Source: a bacterium (GTDB lineage Bacteria; Armatimonadota; Fimbriimonadia; Fimbriimonadales; Fimbriimonadaceae). Taken from it: a stretch of 64,000 nt of DNA. The first letter of the stretch is position 1. Each line of letters opens with the position of its first letter. Under the pieces are notes generated by a model that was not told where the DNA came from, searched no databases, and saw only the letters and a list, made by a program, of their open reading frames with translations. The stretch spans positions 84,824 to 148,823 of the forward strand of contig JBBCJD010000003.1 of assembly GCA_037189405.1 (NCBI GenBank), in the 5' to 3' direction. The position numbers were made by a program, and so were the translations under genes. Shown here piece after piece: positions 36,033 through 45,263 of this stretch.

Positions 36033-37283
36033 TTAGGACACCGCCTTGCCGGGATCGACCAGTTCGATCGTACGGGGCTGCGCTTCGTCGACCAAGAGCA
36101 ACTCGCGCGATTCCAATGCGCGGCTGGAGCGTTGCATCGCCAGGAAGAACAGGGTGGCGAGGAACATCGCGCCGAGCAGGAAACCCCATCCGATCATCGC
36201 GCCGTAGATCTCGGTCACCACGATCCAAGACGCCACGAGGATCAAGTTCGCCGCGGCGATCGGCAGGAGCGACTTCCAGCCCAACGACATCAATTGGTCG
36301 TAGCGCAGGCGGGGGAGCGTGGCGCGAAGCCAGACATAACAGGAAAACACGAACGCGGACTTGCCGATAAACCAAACCGGCGCGCCGAGGTCGTTCACCC
36401 GTTGCATGAACCCAAGGTTCATCGCTTCCCAGTTCACCGGAAGCAGGTTGTAGCCCCCCAGGAACACCGCCGTAACGACGCCGCTGAACACCAGCATCGC
36501 CGCGTACTCGCCCATGAAGAACACCGCGAACTTCATCGACGAATATTCAGTGTGGTACCCGGCGATCAGTTCGTTCTCCGCTTCGGGGAGGTCGAACGGC
36601 GCGCGGTTCGTTTCGGCGACCATGCAGATCAAGAACACCACCATCGCGACGAACCCGAAAGGCGTGAAGAGGTTCCAGTTCTGCAGGGCGGGGATCAGAC
36701 CCCACAGCGCGCCCTCTTGCGCGACCACCATATCGGTGATCTTCAGGGAGCCCGTCGCGAGGACGATCGCGCCCAGTGAGACGCCCATCGCCAGTTCGTA
36801 GCTGATCAGCTGGGCCGAGGCGCGCAAGCCGCCTAGAAGCGAATATTTGTTGTCCGAGCCGTAACCCGCCAGGACGAGGCCGTAGACGCCGAGCGAGGAG
36901 ATCGCCAGCATATACAGCACGCCGATGTTCACGTCCGCGATCGGAGTCAGATACGCGTAGGCGCCTTGAGCAGGTCCCCACGGCAGCACCGCGGCCAGCG
37001 TGAACGCCGGAAACAGCGCGATGGCCGGGGCCACGAAATAGATCAGCCGGTCGATCGAGCTGGGCGTGATGTCCTCTTTGAAGAACAGCTTCACGCCGTC
37101 GGCGATCGGCTGCAGCAGCCCGTAAGGGCCGACGCGGTTCGGACCGATGCGATCTTGCATCCAGCTCAGCAAGCGCCGCTCCCACCAGATGAGCCCCGGA
37201 ACGATCGACAGCAAAAAGCCGACGATGAGCACGACCCGCACCAACGCGAGCAGCCAAGGATTCAGGTTTTGGAGCGCCTCCAT
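36033..37283 (-). CDS. nuoH: NADH-quinone oxidoreductase subunit H
   Basis: WWERRLLSWMQDRIGPNRVGPYGLLQPIADGVKLFFKED, TNRAPFDLPEAENELIAGYHTEYS, FFMGEY. Confidence 0.9.
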   Translation of the reverse strand: MEALQNLNPWLLALVRVVLIVGFLLSIVPGLIWWERRLLSWMQDRIGPNRVGPYGLLQPIADGVKLFFKEDITPSSIDRLIYFVAPAIALFPAFTLAAVLPWGPAQGAYAYLTPIADVNIGVLYMLAISSLGVYGLVLAGYGSDNKYSLLGGLRASAQLISYELAMGVSLGAIVLATGSLKITDMVVAQEGALWGLIPALQNWNLFTPFGFVAMVVFLICMVAETNRAPFDLPEAENELIAGYHTEYSSMKFAVFFMGEYAAMLVFSGVVTAVFLGGYNLLPVNWEAMNLGFMQRVNDLGAPVWFIGKSAFVFSCYVWLRATLPRLRYDQLMSLGWKSLLPIAAANLILVASWIVVTEIYGAMIGWGFLLGAMFLATLFFLAMQRSSRALESRELLLVDEAQPRTIELVDPGKAVS

Positions 37284-37328
37284 AAGCCGCGGAAGAGATT
37301 ACCTAATCCGAGGCTGAAAAGCGGGGCC

Positions 37329-38198
37329 TTAGGCCACGTCCTTCTTCTCTTTCTTGGTGCGGTACATCGCGACATCCGCTCGGCGCAACAGGCGTTCCAA
37401 GGTGTCTTCGTTCCCCGCTCGCTCGGCCAACCCGATCGAAAGCCCGGCCTCGTACCCCTCGTCAGCCGCCGCGCGTTGAAACCGGTAATCCACGCGAGCC
37501 AGCACCGGGATCGCCCCTTCGCGGTCCAGGTTGTACAGCAGCAGGACGAACTCGTCCCCACCGATGCGGGCCACAAGGTCCGCACTTCGGGTCTCTTGGA
37601 CCAGCACCTCCGCCAGCAGGCGAAGCACCCGATCTCCCGCCTGATGGCCGTATCGGTCGTTGATGAGCTTGAAATCATCGCAGTCCACCACCGCGACCGA
37701 AAGCGGCTGTCGGCGGCGTACGGACTCGCGAAACGCGTGGGCCGAAAACGAGGTCCACGCGTGGCGATTCATCAAACCGGTCAGCGAATCGCGGTGCGCT
37801 TGACGTTGCGAACGCAAAAGCGCGTCCTCGACTTCCGCGACGAGGAGCATGATCGTTCCGAGCGAGGCGAACCTCAAAAGCGTGGACGAGATCCAGGAGG
37901 CGAGGGTGGAGTCGCCCAAGCGGGTGTCGACCCAGCCTTCGATCACGGTCACGGCCAGCACGAGCACCAAGCCGCCCCGGCGGCCTCCAAGACGCGTCGT
38001 CAGCCAGATCGGAATGAGATAAAGCGGGCGCATCGCGGAAGCGAAATCCAGCATCGTGTGCAATACCACGAGCACCAGGCAGATCGCGGCTCCGATCGCG
38101 ACCGCCGTTACGATCGGGCGACGCTGATAGGCGGCGACCCAGCGGTTCGCGTAGATCTTGACGATCGTATTTTGAAGCGAGACGTGCAGACGCTCCAT
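37329..38198 (-). CDS. Membrane-anchored diguanylate cyclase (GGDEF domain)
   Basis: RDSLTGLMNRH, VAVVDCDDFKLINDRYGHQAGDRVL, RIGGDEFVLL (GGDEF), ADVAMYRTK; about 4 N-terminal TM helices. Confidence 0.8.
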   Translation of the reverse strand: MERLHVSLQNTIVKIYANRWVAAYQRRPIVTAVAIGAAICLVLVVLHTMLDFASAMRPLYLIPIWLTTRLGGRRGGLVLVLAVTVIEGWVDTRLGDSTLASWISSTLLRFASLGTIMLLVAEVEDALLRSQRQAHRDSLTGLMNRHAWTSFSAHAFRESVRRRQPLSVAVVDCDDFKLINDRYGHQAGDRVLRLLAEVLVQETRSADLVARIGGDEFVLLLYNLDREGAIPVLARVDYRFQRAAADEGYEAGLSIGLAERAGNEDTLERLLRRADVAMYRTKKEKKDVA

Positions 38199-38288
38199 CG
38201 CTCCCAGCGGTCCGCGACGCCCCTTCCTTCGAGACGGCGGACGTTTTTCGGGCGATAATCCGGGCTCGGGGGAGTAGGATGAATCAAG

Positions 38289-40358
38289 ATGGTCGTTCGA
38301 TATGATCAACCGCTCCAGCTGAGTCAGGATTTTGAGCCCAAAGGGGACCAAGGGACCGCGATCGCGGGACTTTGCGACGGACTTGAGGCGGGCTATCGGT
38401 TTCAGACGCTGCTCGGCGCGACGGGCACGGGCAAAACGTTCACCATGGCCTCCGTCATCGCCCGTATGCAGCGCCCCGCGCTTATCATCGCCCACAACAA
38501 GACTCTTGCCGCACAACTGTGCCAAGAGTTCCGCGCATTTTTCCCAGGTAATGCCGTCGAGTACTTCATCTCCTACTACGACTATTACCAACCGGAGGCT
38601 TACGTCCCCGGCTCGGACCTCTATATCGAAAAGGATTCCAGCACGAACGAAGAGATCGAACGCTTGCGTCACTCCGCCACGCAAGCGCTGCTGGAGCGCC
38701 GCGACGTCGTGGTGATCGCCAGCGTCTCGTGCATCTACGGCCTCGGCTCCCCGAACGAATACGCTGACGCGGTGGTGACCTTCCAGACCGGCGAGACGTT
38801 CGACCTAGACGAAGCGCTGAAAAAGCTCGTACAGATGCAGTTCGTGCGAAACGAGATGGTGCTCTCCCGCGGTACGTTTCGCGTGCGGGGCGACACCCTC
38901 GAGATTCAGCCCAAAGACGAGGAGGTCGTCACCCGGGTCGAGTTCTTCGGGGACACCGTGGAGCGGATTCGGCTGTTCGACCCGCTGACTCAAGAAGTGC
39001 TGGACGAACCGAGCAAGGTCTCGGTGTTTCCCGCCACCCACTACGTGACCCCCTGGGAGCGCTTGGACGACGTGATGGTCCAGATCGGAGGAGAGCTCGA
39101 AGAGCAGGTCTCCCAGTTCGAGGCCGAAGCCAAGCTCCTCGAAGCACAGCGCATCCGGCAGCGAACCACGTTCGACCTCGAGATGATGCGCGAGGTGGGT
39201 TACTGCAACGGCATCGAAAACTACTCGCGCTACTTCGACGGGCGCGCCCCCGGCACGCCCCCCTACACGCTCCTGGACTTCCTTCCCTCCGACGCGATCG
39301 TCTTCATCGACGAATCCCATCAGACCCTGCCGCAGATCCGGGCGATGTTCAACGGAGACCGGCAGCGCAAGTCCGTCTTGGTCGAATACGGCTTTCGTCT
39401 CCCCTCGGCGCTCGACAACCGCCCCTTGCGCTTCGAAGAGTTTCTGGAGCGCGTGCCGCAGGTCGTGTACGTCAGCGCGACCCCCGGCCCGTTCGAGCTG
39501 GAGACCCAAGCCCAAGTCGTACAACAGATCATCCGCCCGACCTACATCGTGGACCCGGAGGTCGAGGTTCGACCCACCAAGGGGCAGATCGACGACCTGA
39601 TTCACGAGATCCAAACACGCGTCGCGATCGGCCAGCGCACCTTGGTCACGACCCTGACCAAGAAGATGGCCGAGGACCTTACCGCTTATCTTCAAGAATT
39701 AGACGTTAAAGTTTCTTATATCCATTCAAACGTCCATTCAATGGAGCGCCCCGAGATCCTGCGAAACCTGCGCCTGGGCAACGTGGACGTCGTGGTGGGC
39801 GTCAACCTGCTCCGCGAGGGCTTGGATCTGCCGGAAGTGACGCTAGTGGCCATCTTGGACGCCGACAAAGAAGGGTTCCTTCGAAGCGACACCTCATTGA
39901 TCCAGACCATCGGCCGCGCCGCGCGAAACGTCGAAGGAAAGGTCATCCTCTACGCCGATCAGATCACCGGCTCGATGCAGCGAGCTCTCGACGAGACCGC
40001 CCGACGACGCCAAATTCAAGCGGAATACAACGCCACTCACGACGTCCAGCCCCAAACCGTCAGCAAGATCGTGCGTGAGACCGTGCGCTCGCAGGGCGCG
40101 GTCGCGGAAGTCGTGGCGCAATACGGCGCGAACGCGAAGGAGGGCCTCTCCGAGGGCCAAGAATTGCGGCTGGAGGACGTTCCTTTGCTGATCGCCGAGC
40201 TCGAAAAGCAGATGAAAGACCTCGCCAAAGCGATGGAGTTCGAAAAGGCCGCCGAGGTTCGGGACGAGATCCACTCGCTTCGCGGGCTGATGGGCACTTC
40301 CGATGGACGGCTGGGCCGCGGTAAGCGAAAGCTGCCTCGCACCGGACAGCGTCGCTAA
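38289..40358 (+). CDS. uvrB: Excinuclease ABC subunit B
   Basis: QTLLGATGTGKTFT, NKTLAAQLCQEFRAFFP.NAVEYFISYYDYYQPEAY, helicase motifs, C-terminal UVR domain FEKAAEVRDEI. Confidence 0.95.
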   Translation: MVVRYDQPLQLSQDFEPKGDQGTAIAGLCDGLEAGYRFQTLLGATGTGKTFTMASVIARMQRPALIIAHNKTLAAQLCQEFRAFFPGNAVEYFISYYDYYQPEAYVPGSDLYIEKDSSTNEEIERLRHSATQALLERRDVVVIASVSCIYGLGSPNEYADAVVTFQTGETFDLDEALKKLVQMQFVRNEMVLSRGTFRVRGDTLEIQPKDEEVVTRVEFFGDTVERIRLFDPLTQEVLDEPSKVSVFPATHYVTPWERLDDVMVQIGGELEEQVSQFEAEAKLLEAQRIRQRTTFDLEMMREVGYCNGIENYSRYFDGRAPGTPPYTLLDFLPSDAIVFIDESHQTLPQIRAMFNGDRQRKSVLVEYGFRLPSALDNRPLRFEEFLERVPQVVYVSATPGPFELETQAQVVQQIIRPTYIVDPEVEVRPTKGQIDDLIHEIQTRVAIGQRTLVTTLTKKMAEDLTAYLQELDVKVSYIHSNVHSMERPEILRNLRLGNVDVVVGVNLLREGLDLPEVTLVAILDADKEGFLRSDTSLIQTIGRAARNVEGKVILYADQITGSMQRALDETARRRQIQAEYNATHDVQPQTVSKIVRETVRSQGAVAEVVAQYGANAKEGLSEGQELRLEDVPLLIAELEKQMKDLAKAMEFEKAAEVRDEIHSLRGLMGTSDGRLGRGKRKLPRTGQRR

Positions 40359-40392
40359 CCTTCCTCCCCATCGTTCGGCAGCTGGTCGATCG

Positions 40393-40651
40393 GTGCTCGG
40401 CCTGCTGCCCTCGGAAAGCCGACTGGAAAGCCTCCGGCGCGTCCATTCAACGAAGGGATGCTCACTCGATCCTCCCCTTGCTGGAGGCGGGCGGTTTGAT
40501 CGCCACTCCGTGGGGAGGGACGTGCGCTCGCGCGAGAGTAGAGAGGCAGCGCCGTGTCTTCACCGTCACCGAATCCGGCATGGCGGAACTCATTTCACCG
40601 AAAATCACGGGGATGGTGGAGCTCAAGCGCAAAAAGAAGCCTCTGGGATGA
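40393..40651 (+). pseudogene. Possible frame-shifted PadR-like relic
   Basis: Frame A VLGLLPSESRLESLRR; frame B SILPLLEAGGLIATPWGG...RRVFTVTESGMAELIS...*. Together these resemble a PadR winged helix, but there is no clear start. Confidence 0.3.
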
Positions 40652-40817
40652 AGTTACGCACGCGTAAACAGCGTGCTGCGGGCGAATCGAGAAACTCGCA
40701 GGGGATGGCGAGAACCCCTGCGAGTTTCCTTGAGGGCGCGAGGAGCGGTGACGAGCAGAGCCCAGCGAGGCCCAAGCGAGAATCGACGCGGGGCGGAGAA
40801 TCGGCGCGAGCTTCATA

Positions 40818-41882
40818 ATGAAAGCCGTGAGCCTTTACGACCGCCTTTTGCGCCCTCTGTTGTTTCGCCTCGATCCGGAACGGGCGCACGAGATCGCAAT
40901 GGCGGCGCTCGCACGGGGGTTTGTTCCCGGGCGAGCGATCGAGACGCCCAGCCTCGTCCAGCAGCGCATGGGACTGACGTTTCCTAACCCAATCGGCCTC
41001 GCGGCCGGGCTCGACAAGAACGCGCACGCCGCCTCCGGTTGGGGCAGGCTCGGATTCGGCTTCGCCGAACTCGGCACCATCACCGCGCTGCCGCAACCGG
41101 GTAACCCGAAACCTCGGCTGTTCCGTCTCCCCGAGGATCGCGCGCTCATCAATCGGATGGGGTTCAACAACGACGGCGCCGAGGCTGTGGCCAAGCGCCT
41201 CGCGCGGGCTCGATCGTCCGTGCCGATCGGCATCAACCTCGGAAAATCGAAGCTCACGCCGCTCGAAGAGGCTGCGGACGACTATCGACGCAGCTTCGCG
41301 CAGCTCAAAGAGCGCGGCGACTACTTCGTCATCAACGTGTCTTCGCCCAATACCCCGGGGCTTCGCACCTTGCAGGAAAAAGGGCCGCTCCTGGAGATCG
41401 TAGCGGCGATCCGCGAGCTCGATCCGGGCGCGGAGAAGCCGCTCCTGGTCAAAGTAGCGCCAGACCTGGAGCTCTCCGCCCTGGACGAAGTGATCGAAGT
41501 CGCCCACACCGCCGGCCTCAGCGGTCTGATCGCGACGAACACCACGCTCTCGCGGGAGGGGCTGCACTCCGTACCCAACCGGGAGGAGGCAGGAGGACTC
41601 TCGGGCGCGCCGCTACGCGAGCGCGCAAATCGATTCTTACGGCACCTCGCCCTCAGCTGCGATCCTCACATGACCCTAATCGGGGTGGGCGGTATCTTCT
41701 GCGTCGAACACCTCGTGGAAAAGATCGCCCTCGGCGCCCACCTTTGCCAGATTTATACAAGTTTTATTTATCAAGGGCCTACTTTTCCAAGCAGTCTGGC
41801 CAGAGATCTCGTTGCTTGGATGGAGCGAGAAGGGGTGCAGACTCTCGACGAGTTGCGCAGCTCGGCGCTCAAGGCTCCGTAA
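40818..41882 (+). CDS. pyrD: Dihydroorotate dehydrogenase (quinone), class 2
   Basis: LFRLDPERAHE, NPIGLAAGLDKN, GFGFAELGTIT, NRMGFNNDG, IGINLGK, INVSSPNTPGLR, VKVAPDL, IATNTT. Confidence 0.9.
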   Translation: MKAVSLYDRLLRPLLFRLDPERAHEIAMAALARGFVPGRAIETPSLVQQRMGLTFPNPIGLAAGLDKNAHAASGWGRLGFGFAELGTITALPQPGNPKPRLFRLPEDRALINRMGFNNDGAEAVAKRLARARSSVPIGINLGKSKLTPLEEAADDYRRSFAQLKERGDYFVINVSSPNTPGLRTLQEKGPLLEIVAAIRELDPGAEKPLLVKVAPDLELSALDEVIEVAHTAGLSGLIATNTTLSREGLHSVPNREEAGGLSGAPLRERANRFLRHLALSCDPHMTLIGVGGIFCVEHLVEKIALGAHLCQIYTSFIYQGPTFPSSLARDLVAWMEREGVQTLDELRSSALKAP

Positions 41883-41939
41883 AGGGCTTCGTCACTTCCG
41901 AGCTTCCGAGATTATGACGTTGCCGAGGCTCACCCAGAG

Positions 41940-42165
41940 GAGAACGGGATTCGGAGGGAGCGTTCTCAAAGCCTTTTCTCCCTGCGAAGCTCCCCATGAA
42001 TAGCTCGCAAAGAGGGCGTGCGGAACCGGACACAAGCCGAGAACGCTCCGCACTCGAAAACAGAGGAGGCCTTCTCCCAGCGAAATTCCTATAGATAGCC
42101 CGCCGAGAGAAGGTGTGCGGAATCGGCTACGAACTGAGGACGCTCCGCACTCGAAACAGGGAGAG
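41940..42165. repeat. Three hairpin-bearing repeat units between convergent pyrD and trxB
   Basis: GAGAACG..CGTTCTC (41940-41967). Two ~65-nt units ~80% identical by eye, with GTGCGGA-22 nt-TCCGCAC stems (42018-42053, 42115-42150; 97-bp period). The last ends at the trxB stop. Confidence 0.55.
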
Positions 42166-42169
42166 GCTT

Positions 42170-43126
42170 TTAGTGGCCTTCGGCTTCCAAGAACCGCTCG
42201 GCGTCGATCGCCGCCATACAGCCGGTGCCCGCGGCGGTCACGGCTTGGCGATAGATCGGGTCCGAAACGTCGCCCGAGGTGAAAACACCCGGGATGTTCG
42301 TCGCGGTCGAGCCTGCCTTGGTGAGAAGATAGCCCACCTCGTTCATGTCCAGAATCCCTTTGAACAGATCGCTGTTCGGCTTGTGCCCGATCGCAATAAA
42401 CACGCCGTCGATAGGCATCTGCCGCTCTTCGCCCGTCACGGTGTCCTTGAGCCGCACGCCCGTGACCTTCTTGACGGGATCGGTCTGGCCCAACACCTCT
42501 TCGAGACCCGTATTCCAGAGCACCTCGATCTTGGGGTTGTCGAGCACGCGGTCCTGCATGATCTTGCTCGCGCGAAATTGATCGCGGCGATGCACCACGT
42601 ACACCTTGGAAGCGTGCCGAGTCAAGTAGTGCGCCTCCTCCATCGCGGTGTCGCCGCCCCCGACCACGATGATCTCTTTGCCACGGAAGAAGAATCCGTC
42701 GCAGGTCGCGCACGCGCTCACCCCAAAGCCGCCGAAGGTGACCTCGGACTCCAGCCCAAGCCACTTCGCGCTCGCACCCGTCGCGATGATAATCGACTTG
42801 GCCTGATACAGGTCGTCGCCCACCCACACTTTGAAGGGGCGCTCGCTGAAGTCAACCTTGGTGACCTCTTTCTGCTCGATCCGCGTGCCGAACCGCTCGA
42901 CCTGCTTCTTGAACAGCTCCATCATCTCGGGGCCCATGACTCCCTCGGGAAAGCCGGGGTAGTTCTCGACGTCGGTCGTGATCATCAGCTGCCCTCCAGG
43001 CTCGAGGCCCGAGAACATGAGCGGTCGAAGGTCGGCGCGGGCGGTGTAGAGCGCGGCCGTATAGCCCGCAGGGCCAGAGCCGATGATGATAACGTTTTCG
43101 ATTTCCGGATGTGTCGCCATGAGCAT
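42170..43126 (-). CDS. trxB: Thioredoxin-disulfide reductase
   Basis: IIIGSGPAGYTAALYTAR, redox-active CATCDG, VVGGGDTAMEEA, FIAIGH, GVFTSGD. Confidence 0.9.
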   Translation of the reverse strand: MLMATHPEIENVIIIGSGPAGYTAALYTARADLRPLMFSGLEPGGQLMITTDVENYPGFPEGVMGPEMMELFKKQVERFGTRIEQKEVTKVDFSERPFKVWVGDDLYQAKSIIIATGASAKWLGLESEVTFGGFGVSACATCDGFFFRGKEIIVVGGGDTAMEEAHYLTRHASKVYVVHRRDQFRASKIMQDRVLDNPKIEVLWNTGLEEVLGQTDPVKKVTGVRLKDTVTGEERQMPIDGVFIAIGHKPNSDLFKGILDMNEVGYLLTKAGSTATNIPGVFTSGDVSDPIYRQAVTAAGTGCMAAIDAERFLEAEGH

Positions 43127-44921
43127 CGAAAGCTTACCTTTGCCTCGCGTGGAGAAGTTCCCCGCCGCCGGGCTCCTCTGGACTAAGCGTCATGTGCCAC
43201 ACTTCAAACGAGTCATGGCCGCCCAAGCTTACGAAGAGACCGTTTCCGTGTCTCTGGAAACCGCCGAGCCGCTCGATGCGAGCGCGCCCGAGGCTTACCC
43301 TTACCCCCTTCTTCGCCCGAGCGACCAGACCGAGCGGCGCACGCTGCGACTCTGGACGCTGGACAACGGCCTGCTAAAGGTGAGCCTCGCGCCGGATTTG
43401 GGCGGACGGATCTTTCGGATCGAAGACCGGCGCACCGGCCGCGCGCTGTTCGGGGCTCAAACGCTCTCGCTCCTCCCCGGCCCGCCGCGAGGCGCGATCA
43501 TGCCCCACGGACTTCGGCTGCTACTGGGCACGGAGGAGCGCCGCAACACTTTAGGTCCGGTCGAAGTGCAGGCCCGCGACACTGAGGAAGGCGCCGAGAT
43601 CTGGATCGCCGAGTTCGCCGGACCGATCAGCTTTCACGCCCGTTTCGCGCTGCCCGAAGGGCGCGCGGCGCTCGAGATCGAGATGCGGGCGTTCAATCGC
43701 ACCCTCGATCCCCTCCCCTATCAAGGTGGGCTCCGCCTCACGCTCCCTCCAGGGCGCGTGGTCGACGTCTCCGAGGGGTTCGGATACGAAAGTGAGACCG
43801 GAGAGATCGGCTGGACGCTCCTCGGCGAATCGGACGCGTTCGAAACGTTCGAGATGGACAGAGGCGAGCTCATCGCGCGGCGATTCGCCCAGCCCACCGC
43901 GCTCTGGCCGCGTCAAACCGATGTCTGGCGCGCCCGGCTCGTGCCTTTCTCGGGACTCGAAGGCCTGACCGCGCTGAGCGAACACGCCGCGATCGGGCTC
44001 CGCGAAGGAGGAATGCACGCTCAAGTCTCCACGCCCGTTCGAGGTAAGTGGGTCCTGCGCACCCCCAGCGCGCAGACGCTCGAAGCGCCGGCCGAACTCT
44101 CCGCCGACACGGTCCACGAGATCACCTTCGAGGGGCTTCCCGATCCCCCCGCGGCCATCGCGCTGCTGGACGCCCGGGGCGAAACGCTGCTACGCTGGCC
44201 CGCCCCCGCATTTTCTTCGCCTCCGCGCGCCCCCGAAAGCCCCTATCCCGCGCTCTCGAAAGACGCGGATGAGCGAACGCTCGCCCGCGCCGCCGCACAG
44301 GCCCCCCTTCGGGCGCAGGCCCATCTGCTGCTCGCGATGCGCCGCCTCGCGGCGTCGCGCTACGCCGAGGCCGATGAGCTGCTCGAGACCTCCCTGCTCT
44401 ACCAGGCCGACGACCCTCTGGCCTGGTGGCTCAAGGCGATCGCCCGCCGTCTGATGGGCGAGGACGAAGAAGAGCGGCCCGAACTGCTCAACGCGCATTA
44501 CCTGGCCCCGCTGGAGCCCGCGCTCCGCGCCGAAAGCTTCCTGAGCCAAAAAGAGCGCTACGGCAAAGAGCCGAGCCCACTTCTCGCGCCGCTCGCCGAA
44601 GATCCGGAGGCGTTCCGCGAGATCGCCGCGCTTTTGATTGAGGCGGGGCTGATCGACCAGGCCATCCAATGGCTCGACGAAGCGCTGCGCCATCGGGACG
44701 ATCCGATGCTGCGCTATCTGCTCGCCTTCCTCTATCTCGCGCATACCCGCATGCGGGCCGAGTCCGCCGAGCAGATCGCCGCAGCGGAGCGGCTGACGCT
44801 CCGCCCCCCCTATCCGTGGCGGGCGGTCGAACGAGAGGCGCTGCGCGCGCTCGCGGAAGCGTTTCCGACCCATGCCGCGCTTCGCGACGCGCATTCCAAA
44901 ACCGGCTACACTGAGAGCTAA
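43119..44921 (+). CDS. Hypothetical protein with a beta-rich N-domain and a TPR-like helical C-domain (DUF5107-like?)
   Basis: LRLWTLDNGLLKVSLAPDLGGRIFRIEDRRTG, then a helical repeat region (AHLLLAMRRLAASRYAEADELLETSL...). The family call is tentative. Confidence 0.45.
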   Translation: MSIESLPLPRVEKFPAAGLLWTKRHVPHFKRVMAAQAYEETVSVSLETAEPLDASAPEAYPYPLLRPSDQTERRTLRLWTLDNGLLKVSLAPDLGGRIFRIEDRRTGRALFGAQTLSLLPGPPRGAIMPHGLRLLLGTEERRNTLGPVEVQARDTEEGAEIWIAEFAGPISFHARFALPEGRAALEIEMRAFNRTLDPLPYQGGLRLTLPPGRVVDVSEGFGYESETGEIGWTLLGESDAFETFEMDRGELIARRFAQPTALWPRQTDVWRARLVPFSGLEGLTALSEHAAIGLREGGMHAQVSTPVRGKWVLRTPSAQTLEAPAELSADTVHEITFEGLPDPPAAIALLDARGETLLRWPAPAFSSPPRAPESPYPALSKDADERTLARAAAQAPLRAQAHLLLAMRRLAASRYAEADELLETSLLYQADDPLAWWLKAIARRLMGEDEEERPELLNAHYLAPLEPALRAESFLSQKERYGKEPSPLLAPLAEDPEAFREIAALLIEAGLIDQAIQWLDEALRHRDDPMLRYLLAFLYLAHTRMRAESAEQIAAAERLTLRPPYPWRAVEREALRALAEAFPTHAALRDAHSKTGYTES

Positions 44922-45263
44922 GTGGTTTGGGTTCAAAGTCTCCTCGCCTTCGCGCTCTGGATCGGCTGGGGCGTTTGGCAGGCTCGCCGGGTGCCCGCAT
45001 GGCGCGAGCGCCTGCTTGCGATGTCCCGCACCGCGCGAGGCGTCGGCGGGCCGATCCTGCTTTTTTGCGGCGCGGGCGTGATGCTCGGGGGGCTCTTTCT
45101 CGTCCAACAAATGAACGGTCTTCAAGGCGGGGCGCTCACCCCTCTCGCCTGGGGGATCGTCATCCTGATCGGGCTCGCCTTCGTTCAGTCGCAGATCGTC
45201 GCCGGAGCGATGATGATCTCGCTGATGGAGCGCGGAGCCGAAGAAAACGAACGACAGTCATGA
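44922..45263 (+). CDS. Small polytopic membrane protein, hypothetical
   Basis: GTG directly after the upstream TAA; 3-4 hydrophobic helices. Confidence 0.45.
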   Translation: MVWVQSLLAFALWIGWGVWQARRVPAWRERLLAMSRTARGVGGPILLFCGAGVMLGGLFLVQQMNGLQGGALTPLAWGIVILIGLAFVQSQIVAGAMMISLMERGAEENERQS

